64,000 nucleotides of DNA from the NCBI GenBank assembly GCA_934130165.1, contig CAKOXO010000004.1:51415-115414 (forward strand), read 5' to 3'. Each line of letters starts with the position of its first letter. Position 1 is the stretch's first letter. The position numbers and the translations under genes are program-made. The notes under the pieces were generated by a model, which had not been told where the DNA came from, ran no database searches, and saw only the letters and a program-made list of their open reading frames with translations. Shown in pieces: positions 48,883 through 60,791 of this stretch. The DNA is from an uncultured Bacilli bacterium. Lineage in GTDB: Bacteria; Bacillota_I; Bacilli_A; RF39; UBA660.

Positions 48883-50073
48883 TTATTTTTTCATTATTTT
48901 TTTTAAATTTTCTTTTTCATTTAAAGTTGTTTGATTATTACTATTACCAAACATTGAATCATATCTAAATATTGCAAAACCTTTATAGTTATTTATATTT
49001 CTACTTATTAATATTTGTTTCATTATAATGTTATCATTTTCAACCCATTCTCTTGCCCCTGATTTTGCATATTCATCAATTTTTCCTGTTTTATAAAATG
49101 CTAAAGCTGGAATTATTTTTACATTACTTCCTTTTACAAGATCATTCCACTCATTCACTACATCATTAAATGGTTTTACTTCATTATAAAACCCATAATA
49201 TATCTGAGGCATTAAATAATCAACATATTTATCACTTTTTCCCCATTCATATACATCAGCATAATTAGAACTATAATTATTCTCTATATTTCCTTCTGGT
49301 GATATTCCAAATACTTTTTTTCTTTTTTTTGTTATTTTATGAACTTTTTTTACCATGTTATTAACCATAAGCAGGCGGTATTCATCAAGCGATATATTTT
49401 CATTTTTTTTGGAAAACTCCTCATAATTTTCACTATCTATATCACAACTAGGATAAAAATAATCATCAAAATGAATTCCATCAACATCGTAATTATTAAG
49501 TAATTCTACCACACCATCAACTACTAGTTTTTGTACATCTTTACTAGCAGGATTATAAAACATTCCATTTTCACATACTTTTACATTATTAGTATTTAAC
49601 CATTCATAAGCTTTATTTTCACTACTTATACTATCTGTATCTGTATTATTTCTAATTCGATATGGATTAATCCAGGCATGAAGTTCTATTTTCTTTTCAT
49701 GGGCCTTTTCTATAAAATATTTTAATACATCATATCCTGGATTTATCCCTTCACTACTAGACACACTAGAACTCCAAGGAAATATATTTGATTCATATAT
49801 AGCATCAGAAAAACTTCTTACTTGTAAAATTAATACATTAAAATTAAAATCATAGATATTATCAATAATAATATCTATATTTTTTTTAGCATCTTCCTCA
49901 CTATTACCCTTTACATATTTTTGAAGTTCTATATAACTTAAAAATATTACACGTTTTTCTGGATTTGAATTATTACTAACCCTCCCAGTTCGATTATCAC
50001 TTTTATTATCTTTTATAAGAACAAGAAATAGTAAAAAAATTATTAGTAAAAGAATTATAATATATTTTTTCAT
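48883..50073 (-). CDS. GHL10/DUF187 family (YngK-like) glycoside-hydrolase-like lipoprotein
   Basis: 'GINPGYDVLKYFIEKAHEKKIELHAWINPYR' and 'VDGIHFDDYFYP'. Confidence 0.6.
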   Translation of the reverse strand: MKKYIIILLLIIFLLFLVLIKDNKSDNRTGRVSNNSNPEKRVIFLSYIELQKYVKGNSEEDAKKNIDIIIDNIYDFNFNVLILQVRSFSDAIYESNIFPWSSSVSSSEGINPGYDVLKYFIEKAHEKKIELHAWINPYRIRNNTDTDSISSENKAYEWLNTNNVKVCENGMFYNPASKDVQKLVVDGVVELLNNYDVDGIHFDDYFYPSCDIDSENYEEFSKKNENISLDEYRLLMVNNMVKKVHKITKKRKKVFGISPEGNIENNYSSNYADVYEWGKSDKYVDYLMPQIYYGFYNEVKPFNDVVNEWNDLVKGSNVKIIPALAFYKTGKIDEYAKSGAREWVENDNIIMKQILISRNINNYKGFAIFRYDSMFGNSNNQTTLNEKENLKKIMKK

Positions 50074-50118
50074 ATAATCACCATATATAGTATATAGTTT
50101 ACTAATTAAAAAAAATGT

Positions 50119-50760
50119 CTATTTAAAGGCATTTTCATTCTTTATTATAAATAAATCGTTATTCTTATAAAATGCATAAAAAACATGTTCTATCGTTGTT
50201 TTATTATCTTCTAATACAGAATCTAACCATTTTTTATTTTTCTTTATTTGAACCAAAGTATCTTCTTGCAATTTACCATCTAGTATGACTGGTAGTGGGT
50301 AGTTATCATCATCATCTTTTACAAATGTAGATAATTTACCACTTGTTTCTAAAATAGCATAATCGACTTCTTCAATACTTTTTATACTCTTTTCTCGTAA
50401 CTGTGTTAACAAATCATCTAAATTATATCTTTGTTTTAACATTTCCTCAAAATTAACTTTACCCCTATTAATAATCACTGAAGGTTCACCTTCTATTTTC
50501 TCTCTAATATTTGGACTTTTAAGAGATAGTTTTGCAATAATGATTTGAACTAAAACTAATGCTAAAATAGGAACAATTGTGATTAATAAATTAGACTTAT
50601 ATTTATCTATTGCCATTGCTGCTAATTCTGCAATTAAAATAGATACTATTAAATCCATTATAGATAATTCTCCAACTTCTCTTTTTCCCATAAATCTATA
50701 TACTAAAGTTATTATTAAATAAAAGAGTAAGGTTCTGCCTAGAACTATTAATACCTCCAT
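50119..50760 (-). CDS. DUF421 (YetF-like) membrane protein
   Basis: 'YRFMGKREVGELSIMDLIVSILIAELAA'. Confidence 0.7.
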   Translation of the reverse strand: MEVLIVLGRTLLFYLIITLVYRFMGKREVGELSIMDLIVSILIAELAAMAIDKYKSNLLITIVPILALVLVQIIIAKLSLKSPNIREKIEGEPSVIINRGKVNFEEMLKQRYNLDDLLTQLREKSIKSIEEVDYAILETSGKLSTFVKDDDDNYPLPVILDGKLQEDTLVQIKKNKKWLDSVLEDNKTTIEHVFYAFYKNNDLFIIKNENAFK

Positions 50761-50837
50761 AAAGTCACCTCTAGTATTATTATGATATATGGAATAAAAA
50801 AATATTCATTTTCATAGAGTTTATTGGAGGATCATTT

Positions 50838-51197
50838 ATGAAAGATTTAAAAACTTATATTAAAAATTTAGCTATTTCACTTATTTTTATATTTTTGTCT
50901 TTATTATTACTATCTACACTTTATTACTTTAATATTTTAAGTAGTAATTTAGTAAGTTATTTAAGACCTTTAGTTATACTAGTAAATATCTTTATTGGCA
51001 GTTATATAATAGGAAAAAAGACAGATAAAAATGGATATTTAGCAGGAATAAAATATGGTGGATCAATTTTATTTGTATTTTTTCTAATATCACTCTTTTT
51101 CTTTAGAGACTTTTTTAGAATAAGATTTATTTTATATGATTTAATATTACTTATAACAGCAATATTTGGTAGTATGATTGGTATAAACAAAAAATAA
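50838..51197 (+). CDS. small 4-transmembrane-helix protein
   Basis: Hydrophobicity pattern only. 119 aa. Confidence 0.4.
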   Translation: MKDLKTYIKNLAISLIFIFLSLLLLSTLYYFNILSSNLVSYLRPLVILVNIFIGSYIIGKKTDKNGYLAGIKYGGSILFVFFLISLFFFRDFFRIRFILYDLILLITAIFGSMIGINKK

Positions 51198-51207
51198 GTG
51201 GTAACAC

Positions 51208-51987
51208 TTATTTTATTTTGACACCCTCTTCATCAAAAAGGAGCTTTGCTTCTCTTAAAACTATTGATTCAGTTTTATATTGTTTAAGAGGTTTTACATT
51301 AACTGTTAGTTTAAGTACTAAATTAGAATCTCCGTACTCTTCAACACCTTTATACTGAATATTACCCACGGCATCTGGTAATTTTCCTTTTAAACGATCA
51401 ATCAATTTTTCCATTATTTTTTCTAATTTAAGTAAATCCTCATCACTACTAAAAGTGAATAAAATAACTGTTTTAGAATTATAATGAGAATAATTTACTA
51501 CTGTACTAATATCTCTATTAGAAAAGATTCTTATTTCACCATTATATGATCTTACTTTAGTACTTTTTAATCCAACACCGATTACTTCTCCTTTAAAGTC
51601 ATCAATCTCTACATAATCACCCACGTTATATTGAGAATCTAGTATAATGAAAATTCCACTAATAAAATCTTTTAATAAATCTTGTAAGGCAAGGCCTATT
51701 ACAATACCAAAAATTCCTAATCCAGCTAGGAAAGCTGAAACATTAATATTAAATATCCCTAATACAATAATTATATCTATTAAAAATATTACATATTTTA
51801 AAACACTTACTGAAATATATAAAAGCGTTAGACGTTTCTTTTTGTTTCTATTTGCACCTTTTTTCTTTTTACCTATATATGTTAAGGCTGTCTCTTTAAT
51901 TATATAAAATACTATTATAGAGATAATAACCGTTATTAATGAACCTATTATTCTTGATGAGACTTCAACATCTGCTAAATTTTTCAT
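51208..51987 (-). CDS. small-conductance mechanosensitive channel (MscS family)
   Basis: Three transmembrane helices followed by 'GDYVEIDDFKGEVIGVGLKSTKVRSYNGEIRIFSN'. Confidence 0.8.
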   Translation of the reverse strand: MKNLADVEVSSRIIGSLITVIISIIVFYIIKETALTYIGKKKKGANRNKKKRLTLLYISVSVLKYVIFLIDIIIVLGIFNINVSAFLAGLGIFGIVIGLALQDLLKDFISGIFIILDSQYNVGDYVEIDDFKGEVIGVGLKSTKVRSYNGEIRIFSNRDISTVVNYSHYNSKTVILFTFSSDEDLLKLEKIMEKLIDRLKGKLPDAVGNIQYKGVEEYGDSNLVLKLTVNVKPLKQYKTESIVLREAKLLFDEEGVKIK

Positions 51988-52100
51988 ACAACACCATCCT
52001 ATTACATCTTACACTTAATATAATAACATATATTTAAATAATATTTTAATTTTTTTCTATTACCTTTACAGCATTTTACTATAACATAAAAAATAAAGAG

Positions 52101-52766
52101 CTAAGAAAGCTCTTTTTCTATCATTTTTATTTCCCTTTTTGTTATAAATTTTTTCCATCTATAATTTTTAGGCAAAACATTAATTAGTATTTCTCTAGAT
52201 TTCATCTCTTTTAAAAAGTATTCTCTAAATAATTTACTTTTTTCCTTTATAAGAATAGGTCCAAAGAAATAATCTTTCTTACTATAGTGTTTTCTTCCCC
52301 TTTTTAGTTTTATAATTTGATATATTATTTTTCCTTCTTTAACTAGTTTTTCATCTTCTATATAAAATCCTATACTTGTAAAAAACCTTCTTACATCTTC
52401 TTGGTAATTATTTGGTGATAGTATAAGGGTATTTATCTTTTTAGTAGTTTTTATATTATATTTAAACATTCCAATAGTAGTTCTACCACCCATACCAGAG
52501 ATTATTACTGTATCGATATCATTTGTATAAGTTTCTAATCCATTACCTAGTCTAGCCTCTATCTTATCATCCATCTTATATCTTTTAATATTTTCTTTTG
52601 CGCATTTTAGCGGACCTTCTGCAATATCTGCAGCTACCGCTTTTTTTACTATTTTATTTTCTACCAAATATATATCTAGTAGTGCATGATCACACCCAAT
52701 ATCTAAAACAAGGGAATTAGTATCAACTAAATCCCCTATTTGTTTTAATCTACTATTTATTTTCAT
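52101..52766 (-). CDS. trmK: tRNA (adenine22-N1)-methyltransferase TrmK
   Basis: 'LVLDIGCDHALLDIYL' with 'ADIAEGPL'. It lies downstream of sigA as in Bacillus. Confidence 0.8.
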   Translation of the reverse strand: MKINSRLKQIGDLVDTNSLVLDIGCDHALLDIYLVENKIVKKAVAADIAEGPLKCAKENIKRYKMDDKIEARLGNGLETYTNDIDTVIISGMGGRTTIGMFKYNIKTTKKINTLILSPNNYQEDVRRFFTSIGFYIEDEKLVKEGKIIYQIIKLKRGRKHYSKKDYFFGPILIKEKSKLFREYFLKEMKSREILINVLPKNYRWKKFITKREIKMIEKELS

Positions 52767-53857
52767 TAGTCAGTCAAAAAATCCTTTAATTTTCTACTAC
52801 GAGATGGATGTCTTAATTTACGTAGTGCTTTTGCTTCTATTTGTCTGATTCTCTCACGAGTAACTCCAAAAATTTGTCCAACTTCCTCTAATGTTCTACA
52901 TTGACCATCATCTAGTCCAAAACGAAGTCTTAAAACTTTTTCTTCTCTATCAGTTAAAGTTAATAGTACCCCTGCCAATTCTTCCTTTAACATTTCAACT
53001 GTTGTATATTCCTCTGGTCCCATAGCTCTTTCATCAGGAACAAAATCTCCTAAATGTGAGTCTTCCTCTTCACCAATAGGTGTTTCAAGAGAAACTGGAT
53101 CTTGACTTATTTTATATACTTCTCTAACTTTTTCTATTGTAATTCCAAGTTTTTCTGCTATTTCTTCATCTGTAGGTTCACGATTTAATTCTTGTGTTAA
53201 TTGACGTTGAACACGAGCTAATTTATTTATCGTTTCAACCATATGAACAGGTACTCTTATAGTTCTAGCTTGATCTGCTATAGCACGAGTTATAGCTTGT
53301 CTTATCCACCAAGTAGCATATGTTGAAAACTTGTACCCTTTTGTTGGATCAAATTTATCTACTGCTTTCATTAAACCAATATTTCCTTCTTGAATTAAAT
53401 CCAAAAATAGCATACCACGTCCAACATAACGTTTTGCAATAGAAACAACTAAACGAAGATTTGATTCAGCAAGTAATCTCTTAGCTTCCTCGTCTCCTTC
53501 TTCAGCTCTTTTTGCATACTCAAATTCCTCATCTGAAGTAAGTAAGTTTATACGTCCGATTTCTTTTAAATACATTCTAACTGGATCATTAATTTTTATG
53601 TCTTTAGACATAGTTAAATCTTCTACTTTAACATCTTCAGTAATTTCTTCTCCACTAGCATCATCACTACCATCTTCAGCAACTATATCTATATCTTCCT
53701 CAGTTAAAGCATTATATAATTCATCTAGAGAATCACTATCTACTTCTAACCCCTTTAACTCATTAGCTAATTGTTCATAAGTGATATATCCTTGTTTTTT
53801 TCCTAAAGCTATAAGCTTCTTTTTTCTTTCTTCTAGTGTTTTTATTTCTCCAACCAT
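52766..53857 (-). CDS. sigA: RNA polymerase primary sigma factor SigA
   Basis: Regions 1.2 to 4 are present ('[11 protein letters not shown]', '[16 protein letters not shown]', '[14 protein letters not shown]', '[20 protein letters not shown]'). Confidence 0.95.
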   Translation of the reverse strand: MVGEIKTLEERKKKLIALGKKQGYITYEQLANELKGLEVDSDSLDELYNALTEEDIDIVAEDGSDDASGEEITEDVKVEDLTMSKDIKINDPVRMYLKEIGRINLLTSDEEFEYAKRAEEGDEEAKRLLAESNLRLVVSIAKRYVGRGMLFLDLIQEGNIGLMKAVDKFDPTKGYKFSTYATWWIRQAITRAIADQARTIRVPVHMVETINKLARVQRQLTQELNREPTDEEIAEKLGITIEKVREVYKISQDPVSLETPIGEEEDSHLGDFVPDERAMGPEEYTTVEMLKEELAGVLLTLTDREEKVLRLRFGLDDGQCRTLEEVGQIFGVTRERIRQIEAKALRKLRHPSRSRKLKDFLTD

Positions 53858-53859
53858 TA

Positions 53860-55587
53860 TTAATTATCTCCTAACTTCAACTTTCTTATCTGCTCAACTA
53901 TTTCCGCTTGTTTTAAACAATCTGGTTCATGTTTCATTAAATTTTCCAATCTTTTTATTTCTTGGCTCAAACTATATTCTTTGATCACTTTAAAATAAGC
54001 AAATATTTCATCCCTTGTTATACTTTCTTTGTAATTACTGGAGGCAATTTCATTTAAATAATTGAGTAAGTCTGGTTTGTCTTGTAAATAAGTATAAAAA
54101 TCAGCTATATTAATATACCTTTTTTTTCTATAAAAATATATAATTTCATTTGTAAGTAATCTAGTTTCATTTGATGGAAATATCATTTTCTCTTTTTCTA
54201 CCAAATCAATTACAAAATCATTATTAAGCATATAAAAAATAACTTGTTCCATAGCTATAATATACTTACTTTTTCGTGTTTTATGTGCAGTTTTTACTAC
54301 AATCTTAGATGTTGGTTTAAAATTTTCCTTAATCTCCTTAAACCTTTTTTCCAGTGTATTATACCCTATATTGTAATCTTTTGCAAGTTTTTTTAATATT
54401 ATCTCAACTCTAATATCATCATCTATCTTTACAGTTTCATTAATTACCTTATTTATATAATTGGATAGGTCCTTTTCACTTTTAAAATTAACGTCCTCTT
54501 TTAAAGAATTTATTTTGTAATCACTATAAGTTATTGCATTACTTATTAAATTTAAAAATGATTCTTTGCCATGTTTTATTATATAAGAATCAGGATCATC
54601 ATCATCTGGTAACAAAATAACTTTAGCTTCTATTCCACTATTAAGTAACATTTCACCAACTTTTAAAGCGGCGTGACGCCCTGGAGCATCACCATCCAAA
54701 CAAATAATTACATTTTTAGATAATCTTTTAATTAATTTCAATTGTTCATCAGTTAGAGCGGTTCCCATTAATGCTACTACATTAGTAACACCTATTGTAT
54801 AAGCTCTAATAACATCCATAAAGCCTTCCATTATAATAATACTTTTTGCAACTCTTGAAGTATCAATGGCATTATGATAATTGTACAAACAATGGCCCTT
54901 TTTAAAGATTACGGTTTCTTTCGTGTTAACATATTTATTTTGATCAACATCTTTATAAATTCTACCTGAAAAACCTACTATTTTTCCATATGTATCATAA
55001 AGAGGAAACATAATTCTATCTATATAAATATCTCTATTATCTACGGAAAGCCCTATTTTATTTAAATCTGTCAAATCATACTGTTTTTTTGTTAAAAGAT
55101 TAGTTAAATCTGCTCTATCTGGTAGGGATAATCCTATTTCAAACTTTTTTATAATATCATCTGATATCTTTCTGTTATGTAGGTACTCTCTAGCTATGTG
55201 ACCAGCACTAGATGACAAATTATTTTGATAATATTTTGTAGCTAGTCTATAAGCATCATATAATTTATCATACTTTGTACTAACTTTATTTACTTTAATA
55301 CCAGAAACATTTATCCCTACACGTTCACCTAAATCTCTTAAAACTTCCTTAAATTCTTTGTGTTCATAATTCATTAAAAATGTAAATACATTTCCACTAG
55401 CACCACAAGAAAAGCATCTATATATTTGTTTATCCCTTGATACACTCATTGATGGATTAGTATCATCATGAAATGGACAAACACCAAAAAAGTTCTTTCC
55501 CTTTGCAACTAAAGGTACTCTCTCTCCGATAATATCAACTATATCAACCTTACTTCTGATTTCACTGGTTAAATCCATATTATCCAT
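53860..55587 (-). CDS. dnaG: DNA primase DnaG
   Basis: Zinc ribbon '[13 protein letters not shown]...CFSCG' and TOPRIM motifs 'EGFMDV' and 'LDGDAPG'. The start was moved to ATG 55585-55587 (GGAGGTG ribosome-binding site), because the track start is a GTG. Confidence 0.9.
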   Translation of the reverse strand: MDNMDLTSEIRSKVDIVDIIGERVPLVAKGKNFFGVCPFHDDTNPSMSVSRDKQIYRCFSCGASGNVFTFLMNYEHKEFKEVLRDLGERVGINVSGIKVNKVSTKYDKLYDAYRLATKYYQNNLSSSAGHIAREYLHNRKISDDIIKKFEIGLSLPDRADLTNLLTKKQYDLTDLNKIGLSVDNRDIYIDRIMFPLYDTYGKIVGFSGRIYKDVDQNKYVNTKETVIFKKGHCLYNYHNAIDTSRVAKSIIIMEGFMDVIRAYTIGVTNVVALMGTALTDEQLKLIKRLSKNVIICLDGDAPGRHAALKVGEMLLNSGIEAKVILLPDDDDPDSYIIKHGKESFLNLISNAITYSDYKINSLKEDVNFKSEKDLSNYINKVINETVKIDDDIRVEIILKKLAKDYNIGYNTLEKRFKEIKENFKPTSKIVVKTAHKTRKSKYIIAMEQVIFYMLNNDFVIDLVEKEKMIFPSNETRLLTNEIIYFYRKKRYINIADFYTYLQDKPDLLNYLNEIASSNYKESITRDEIFAYFKVIKEYSLSQEIKRLENLMKHEPDCLKQAEIVEQIRKLKLGDN

Positions 55588-55681
55588 ATAAGCACCTCCA
55601 ATCACACAACTATACTTCTTATATCACAAAGTACGTATTTTTTCAAGAAATAGGTTGCTCTATGTAAAAGAAAAAGAAGAT

Positions 55682-56584
55682 TTAATCTTCCTTTAAGCTA
55701 ACAAAATAATAATTTTCCTTATCATCTTTCTTAAATGTATATTTATATTCAGAGAATTCTTTATAATTGGATTCATTTATTCTGAAATTATTTGCTTCAT
55801 CTTCTGATACATTTTCACGATATATTTCCTTTTCATTTAAGTCCTTATATATATTTACATTATTAGTTTCTGATGCATATATTGATGACCCATAACTAAC
55901 ATATACATAAACTTCATCGTCTTTAACAGTATATTTATTTATATAGGCATATGCACTATTTGGATCACTACCACCGCATTGTGGTTCAATGTAATAATAA
56001 GTATTAGTATCACTATCATAAATATATCCAAAACAAACATTGAAACTTTTATGATTAACTGTGCCATCTCCAAAATAATTTTTATATTCATCTTCTACAA
56101 CTGATGAGGATATTTTCTTAGCAGAACCCATTCCATTTACTGATACAAATTGTTTAATGTCACTATTTTTAAGATCAGTACTATCTATAGCTTGAAATTT
56201 ATTAATACCAAACAACTCATCTAATACAATTTTTAATTTTAAGTCATCATTTAAGTTATTAAATATATCACCCATTAAACTTTCATCATTTCTAAAATTA
56301 TACATTCCTATTTTTGCCATGTCATAATCATCATTTTGTACTGGACTATAAGTATTCATATAATAAATTTTTTTATTCAAATCATTTATTATTTCCTGAT
56401 TAGTTAAATCTTTTTCTATCTCATCTTTACTACTTTTTACAACTTGTTTTCTTGGCTCAGTTTTTTTTATAATTATTCCCTTATCATAACAAATATATCC
56501 TATTAATCCCAATATAATTAGTATTAATACTATTATTAATATAACTAATCCCACACTTTTCTTTTTATTTTTAACTTCCATCAT
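55682..56584 (-). CDS. N-anchored extracellular protein, unknown
   Basis: Transmembrane helix 'VGLVILIIVLILIILGLIGYICY' and a polar domain. Confidence 0.4.
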   Translation of the reverse strand: MMEVKNKKKSVGLVILIIVLILIILGLIGYICYDKGIIIKKTEPRKQVVKSSKDEIEKDLTNQEIINDLNKKIYYMNTYSPVQNDDYDMAKIGMYNFRNDESLMGDIFNNLNDDLKLKIVLDELFGINKFQAIDSTDLKNSDIKQFVSVNGMGSAKKISSSVVEDEYKNYFGDGTVNHKSFNVCFGYIYDSDTNTYYYIEPQCGGSDPNSAYAYINKYTVKDDEVYVYVSYGSSIYASETNNVNIYKDLNEKEIYRENVSEDEANNFRINESNYKEFSEYKYTFKKDDKENYYFVSLKED

Positions 56585-56704
56585 CTCACCCTTTCAATTT
56601 TTATAATTATATATTAAAACTAAATATAGTGCATTTCAAGAATTTCACTAATTTTCATTATATTTTACGTAAAGAAAAAATGAACTAAAAGTTCATTTGA
56701 TTTT

Positions 56705-57832
56705 TTAATAATTTCTTTCCTTTAAAAATGGAGGAAGATCAAATTCTTCTGACGAATCATCATCACTTGTTTCGGTTAAAACCTCACTTGTTTGATAACT
56801 CATTTCTGGTTCAATTCTAGTTCTTCTATTAGGTGTTTGAGATACATTACTATATACTGGTTTTTCTTCTTCTGCGATTTGATCTTTTTCAAAACCTGTT
56901 GCTATAACTGTAACAATTACTTCATCTGATAAGTTTTCATTAATTACAGAACCAAATATTGTATTAATATCAGTATTAGCAGCTGATCTAACTACTTCTG
57001 CAGCTTGTTCTGCTTCAAATAAAGTTAAATTAACTCCACCAGTTATATTAATAATAGCATCTGTAGCTCCTTCTATTGAAGTTTCAAGAAGTGGTGATGA
57101 AACAGCTTGCTTTGCGGCTTCTATCGCTCTATCTTCACCCATACCTATACCAATACCTATTATTGCTCTACCAGAATTTTGCATTACTGCTTTAACATCA
57201 GCAAAATCCAAGTTAACAAGACCAACTACTGCAATTAAATCTGATATAGATTGTACACCACGACGTAATACATTATCAACTTCTTTAAATGCTTCTAACA
57301 TTGGTGTTGTTTTATCTATAATTTCTCTTAATCTATCATTTGGAATAATAATTAGTGTATCAACATGTTTCTTTAATTCATCCAAACCACTTACAGCATT
57401 TTGCATTCTTTTCTTACCTTCAAATGAGAATGGTTTAGTTACTATTGCAACAGTAAGAGCTCCTAGTGCTTGTGCTATTTCAGCAACGATTGGTGCAGCA
57501 CCTGTACCAGTACCACCACCCATTCCGCAAGTGATAAATACCATATCAGCACCAGCTAATGCATCTTCTATTTCTTTCTTACTTTCTATTGCAGCTTCTT
57601 TACCAATATCTGGTTTAGCGCCTGCTCCAAGTCCATCAGTAAGTGTTGCTCCTATTTGAATTTTAACATCTGCTTTAGAACTATTTAATACTTGTAAATC
57701 AGTATTAGCAGCTATAAATTCAACACCCTTAACACCTGATTCAACCATTCTATTTATAGCGTTTCCGCCACCGCCACCAAGACCTATTACCTTGATCTTA
57801 GCTAACTGATCCATTTCTAATCCGCCTAACAT
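56705..57832 (-). CDS. ftsZ: cell division protein FtsZ
   Basis: '[13 protein letters not shown]' and '[16 protein letters not shown]'. GGAGG ribosome-binding site. Confidence 0.95.
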   Translation of the reverse strand: MLGGLEMDQLAKIKVIGLGGGGGNAINRMVESGVKGVEFIAANTDLQVLNSSKADVKIQIGATLTDGLGAGAKPDIGKEAAIESKKEIEDALAGADMVFITCGMGGGTGTGAAPIVAEIAQALGALTVAIVTKPFSFEGKKRMQNAVSGLDELKKHVDTLIIIPNDRLREIIDKTTPMLEAFKEVDNVLRRGVQSISDLIAVVGLVNLDFADVKAVMQNSGRAIIGIGIGMGEDRAIEAAKQAVSSPLLETSIEGATDAIINITGGVNLTLFEAEQAAEVVRSAANTDINTIFGSVINENLSDEVIVTVIATGFEKDQIAEEEKPVYSNVSQTPNRRTRIEPEMSYQTSEVLTETSDDDSSEEFDLPPFLKERNY

Positions 57833-57846
57833 AAACCTTATCCTCC

Positions 57847-59085
57847 TTAATTTTCAAAAAAACGTCCAAATACCCTATTAATAATATTTTCGTTATTCGA
57901 TTTTTCCTCTTTTATTGATATCAGATTATTAATATCACTATCATTAAGCATTGTAATATTTTTACCTCTTAGTGCTAATTTATCATCATAATACTTAATT
58001 AACCCTAATATACTACTATACTTATTGCTTCTTATACCCATGGTAGTAATATTACAAACCCTAGCCTTTATACCTAATTGATCCTCAATTAAATATTGAA
58101 ATCCGGCCAGTTCGCTTATTCCACCTGTTATAATTATATAACGTATTTCTCTTTTTGTTAAGTTTTTTAATTCTTTTTTTACTTTTTTTAAGATATCAAC
58201 TAATCTAGCCTCTACTATTTTTGATAAATCTAGTTGATTTATTTCAAGCATTTTTCCATCTTTTCGTTTGATTTCATAAACTTCATTGCTATCTGCATAT
58301 GATGAAGATGCAACAACAAAATTCTCTTTTAATCTCCTAGAAATACTACTGTTAATGTGATATATATAAGAAATATCATTATCAACATTTTTACTACCAA
58401 CTGGCATTATTTTATTTTTAATCATTATTCCTTTATTAAATACTGAAATATTAGTTGTTTCTTCCCCAATATTAATAACTGCACCTGCTACTTTATCTAA
58501 TCTATCACTTTTTACTTGGTAATAATCTGCAGTTGAAGAATATCCAATATCCATTACCTCTATACCACTTAATTTCAACACTTCTAAGGTCTTGTATATA
58601 ATTTCTTTTGGAGACATTGATATTAATATTTTTATTCCTAAAGTCTCACCAGATAATCCTTTTGGATCTTTTATATTATCTTTTTCATCAACTTTAAATG
58701 AAATAGGTATTGCTGTTACTAACTCTTCATCATCATGTATTTGTCCCATAATTGCATCCTTTATAACATTTGAAACATCTTTACCAGTTATAGAAGATGA
58801 ATCTGCTACCTCAACGCTTCCTATTGCGATATCCATTCTACATTCATTTGTAGGAACACAGGCAATTGCCTTTGTAATCCTAAAACCTAGTTTTTCATTC
58901 AACTTTTTAAAAGCCTTTTTTGTTGCATTTACTGCTTTTCTTGTATCAACTATAATTCCTCTTTTTATTCCATCAGATGGAGAGTCAATGTTTGCTATAA
59001 CATGAAATTTTTTATTTATCTTATTACAAACTAATATTTTTATACTATTAGTTCCTAGTTCAACACTAGTATAATAATTATTCAT
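57847..59085 (-). CDS. ftsA: cell division protein FtsA
   Basis: Actin-fold motifs '[12 protein letters not shown]', 'DIGYSSTA' and 'GGISELAG'. The start was probably ATG 59083-59085 (GGGAG ribosome-binding site) rather than the track start at 59115. Confidence 0.85.
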   Translation of the reverse strand: MNNYYTSVELGTNSIKILVCNKINKKFHVIANIDSPSDGIKRGIIVDTRKAVNATKKAFKKLNEKLGFRITKAIACVPTNECRMDIAIGSVEVADSSSITGKDVSNVIKDAIMGQIHDDEELVTAIPISFKVDEKDNIKDPKGLSGETLGIKILISMSPKEIIYKTLEVLKLSGIEVMDIGYSSTADYYQVKSDRLDKVAGAVINIGEETTNISVFNKGIMIKNKIMPVGSKNVDNDISYIYHINSSISRRLKENFVVASSSYADSNEVYEIKRKDGKMLEINQLDLSKIVEARLVDILKKVKKELKNLTKREIRYIIITGGISELAGFQYLIEDQLGIKARVCNITTMGIRSNKYSSILGLIKYYDDKLALRGKNITMLNDSDINNLISIKEEKSNNENIINRVFGRFFEN

Positions 59086-59303
59086 ATCATCATACTCCCA
59101 TCTTAATATATCCATTATACTATAAATTTAATTTTTCTCCAATACTTTTGAATTTTTTTTATTATTATACGAAGAAAATTCAATAAAATAGCATATAAAA
59201 ATCCGATAAATTATTATTAATCAGATTTTAATTAAAAACGATTTAACACTTGATAAACATTTATCTCTTAATATAAAATGATAGAATCAGAATAATTTGT
59301 AAT

Positions 59304-59888
59304 CTAACTACAACTGAATGAACCATCAGCATATGCATAGCATTGGCCACCACTTCCATGGTTGTAGCACTCAACATTACCATTTGAACTGGCTACGCAA
59401 TTAAATGCAATAGAATGACAGTTAATATTATCATCACCATTAGTACATTCAGATTCCCCAAAATATTTTTTTAATTTTATCAGATTATTCTCATAATCGT
59501 TTGCCCTTATACAAAATAAGGCTCCATCATCAATACACACACCACCTGTAGTACCATCTATATCAAGTGCAGCAAATACATTATGACCCAAAGTTGTGTA
59601 GTCTGTTGTACTTTTTGTTGTTGGTGTCCCATATGCAAAATATTTTGGGGTAAATACTTTATTACATTCATATCCATCAGGGCAAGAGTTTTTAGCTTCT
59701 TCTAATTTAGTTGTTGCCTTTTCATTCACTTCATCTATTGCATCTTTAACATTTGTACTTGACAGTTTTGAATTTGTATTGTCATATACTACTTCATTAC
59801 TTGTTAATACTGTTTTGGCATATCCTATTACACTACTTAATATTAATCCTACTATTATTCCTACTATAAACTTGTAATGCTTCTTCAT
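59304..59888 (-). CDS. N-anchored cysteine-rich secreted/surface protein
   Basis: Transmembrane or signal segment 'FIVGIIVGLILSSVIGYA'. There are 14 Cys residues in the C-terminal ~120 aa ('CPDGYECNKV...CIDDGALFCI...CTNGDDNINCHSIAFNCV...CYNHGSGGQCYAYADGSFSC'). GGAGAG ribosome-binding site. Confidence 0.6.
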   Translation of the reverse strand: MKKHYKFIVGIIVGLILSSVIGYAKTVLTSNEVVYDNTNSKLSSTNVKDAIDEVNEKATTKLEEAKNSCPDGYECNKVFTPKYFAYGTPTTKSTTDYTTLGHNVFAALDIDGTTGGVCIDDGALFCIRANDYENNLIKLKKYFGESECTNGDDNINCHSIAFNCVASSNGNVECYNHGSGGQCYAYADGSFSCS

Positions 59889-59926
59889 CTTTACTCTCCA
59901 CCATATACTATTTACTTTATGTTTAC

Positions 59927-59958
59927 AGTATACCCCCCCCCCCAGAGAAATTTGTCAA
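59927..59958 (-). promoter_or_regulatory. sigma-A-like promoter with an 11-nt homopolymeric G tract (C11 on the plus strand) in the spacer; candidate phase-variation switch
   Basis: The minus strand reads 'TTGACA-aatttctct-GGGGGGGGGGG-TATACT' and lies ~38 nt upstream of the ATG of the Cys-rich gene. The spacer is 20 nt. Losing 3 G would give the optimal 17 nt. Confidence 0.55.
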
Positions 59959-60002
59959 TAAAAAAAAGCTATCCTAGCTTCAATATTATGAAATCATTTT
60001 GT

Positions 60003-60704
60003 TTATTGCATACTATAATTTATATGCCTTAAGTATTCAAATAAAAATGGGCACTTATCTTCTAATGATAGTTCTGTATTATCAACCATATATAATATGA
60101 TATCCCTTGCACATGTAGAATTGTTGATTTCTATTAATTTTATTTTTTCTTGTTCTATCTTTTTATTTTTAAATGTATGCATATTCCATAATTCCATTTT
60201 ATCATCATTTATATCATTTCCATATGTATATATATAACTTAACTGTTTCCTTGAAAATGGTTGATTTTTCACTTCATCAATATCACTATATGAAAAATCT
60301 ACATCTTCAATCAAATCTAATTTCAAAAACACACTGTTTTTCAATATCTTATCTAATTTATTACATGCATATTTTATTTTTCTATCATTTTTAATCATAT
60401 TTTCAAATATCAAGTTTACAACAATTCTAGGAAAAATTTTATGTATCATATAAAAACATCCACATTTATAAATAAAATTATTTTTAGGTCTTAACACTAA
60501 CCATTTAATCCATGAATCCATAAGAAGTAATGTATTATCAAAACCTTCAGTAAAAAACACTTTTTTATTTAGTTCTATATTTTTAGAATTTTGTCCAATT
60601 TTAGGTAATAAACCTACATTAAAAATATTTTTTATATTTTCTTTATCAGTATAATGTAAAAAAACCGTTTTTTTATCTAAATCTTCAACATTAATTAGTT
60701 TCAT
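60003..60704 (-). CDS. hypothetical cytoplasmic protein
   Basis: An ORF of 233 aa with no motif recognised. It lies between divIB and the Cys-rich gene. Confidence 0.35.
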   Translation of the reverse strand: MKLINVEDLDKKTVFLHYTDKENIKNIFNVGLLPKIGQNSKNIELNKKVFFTEGFDNTLLLMDSWIKWLVLRPKNNFIYKCGCFYMIHKIFPRIVVNLIFENMIKNDRKIKYACNKLDKILKNSVFLKLDLIEDVDFSYSDIDEVKNQPFSRKQLSYIYTYGNDINDDKMELWNMHTFKNKKIEQEKIKLIEINNSTCARDIILYMVDNTELSLEDKCPFLFEYLRHINYSMQ

Positions 60705-60791
60705 AAAAGTACTCCTTTTTATACAAGACTATTATATCATCAAAAAATACATTTATTTTATAACAAAAAAAGCCAATTAGCTTTTTATTTT

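Noticed and set aside
58592-59005. 137-aa plus-strand ORF
   Set aside because: It is antisense inside ftsA.
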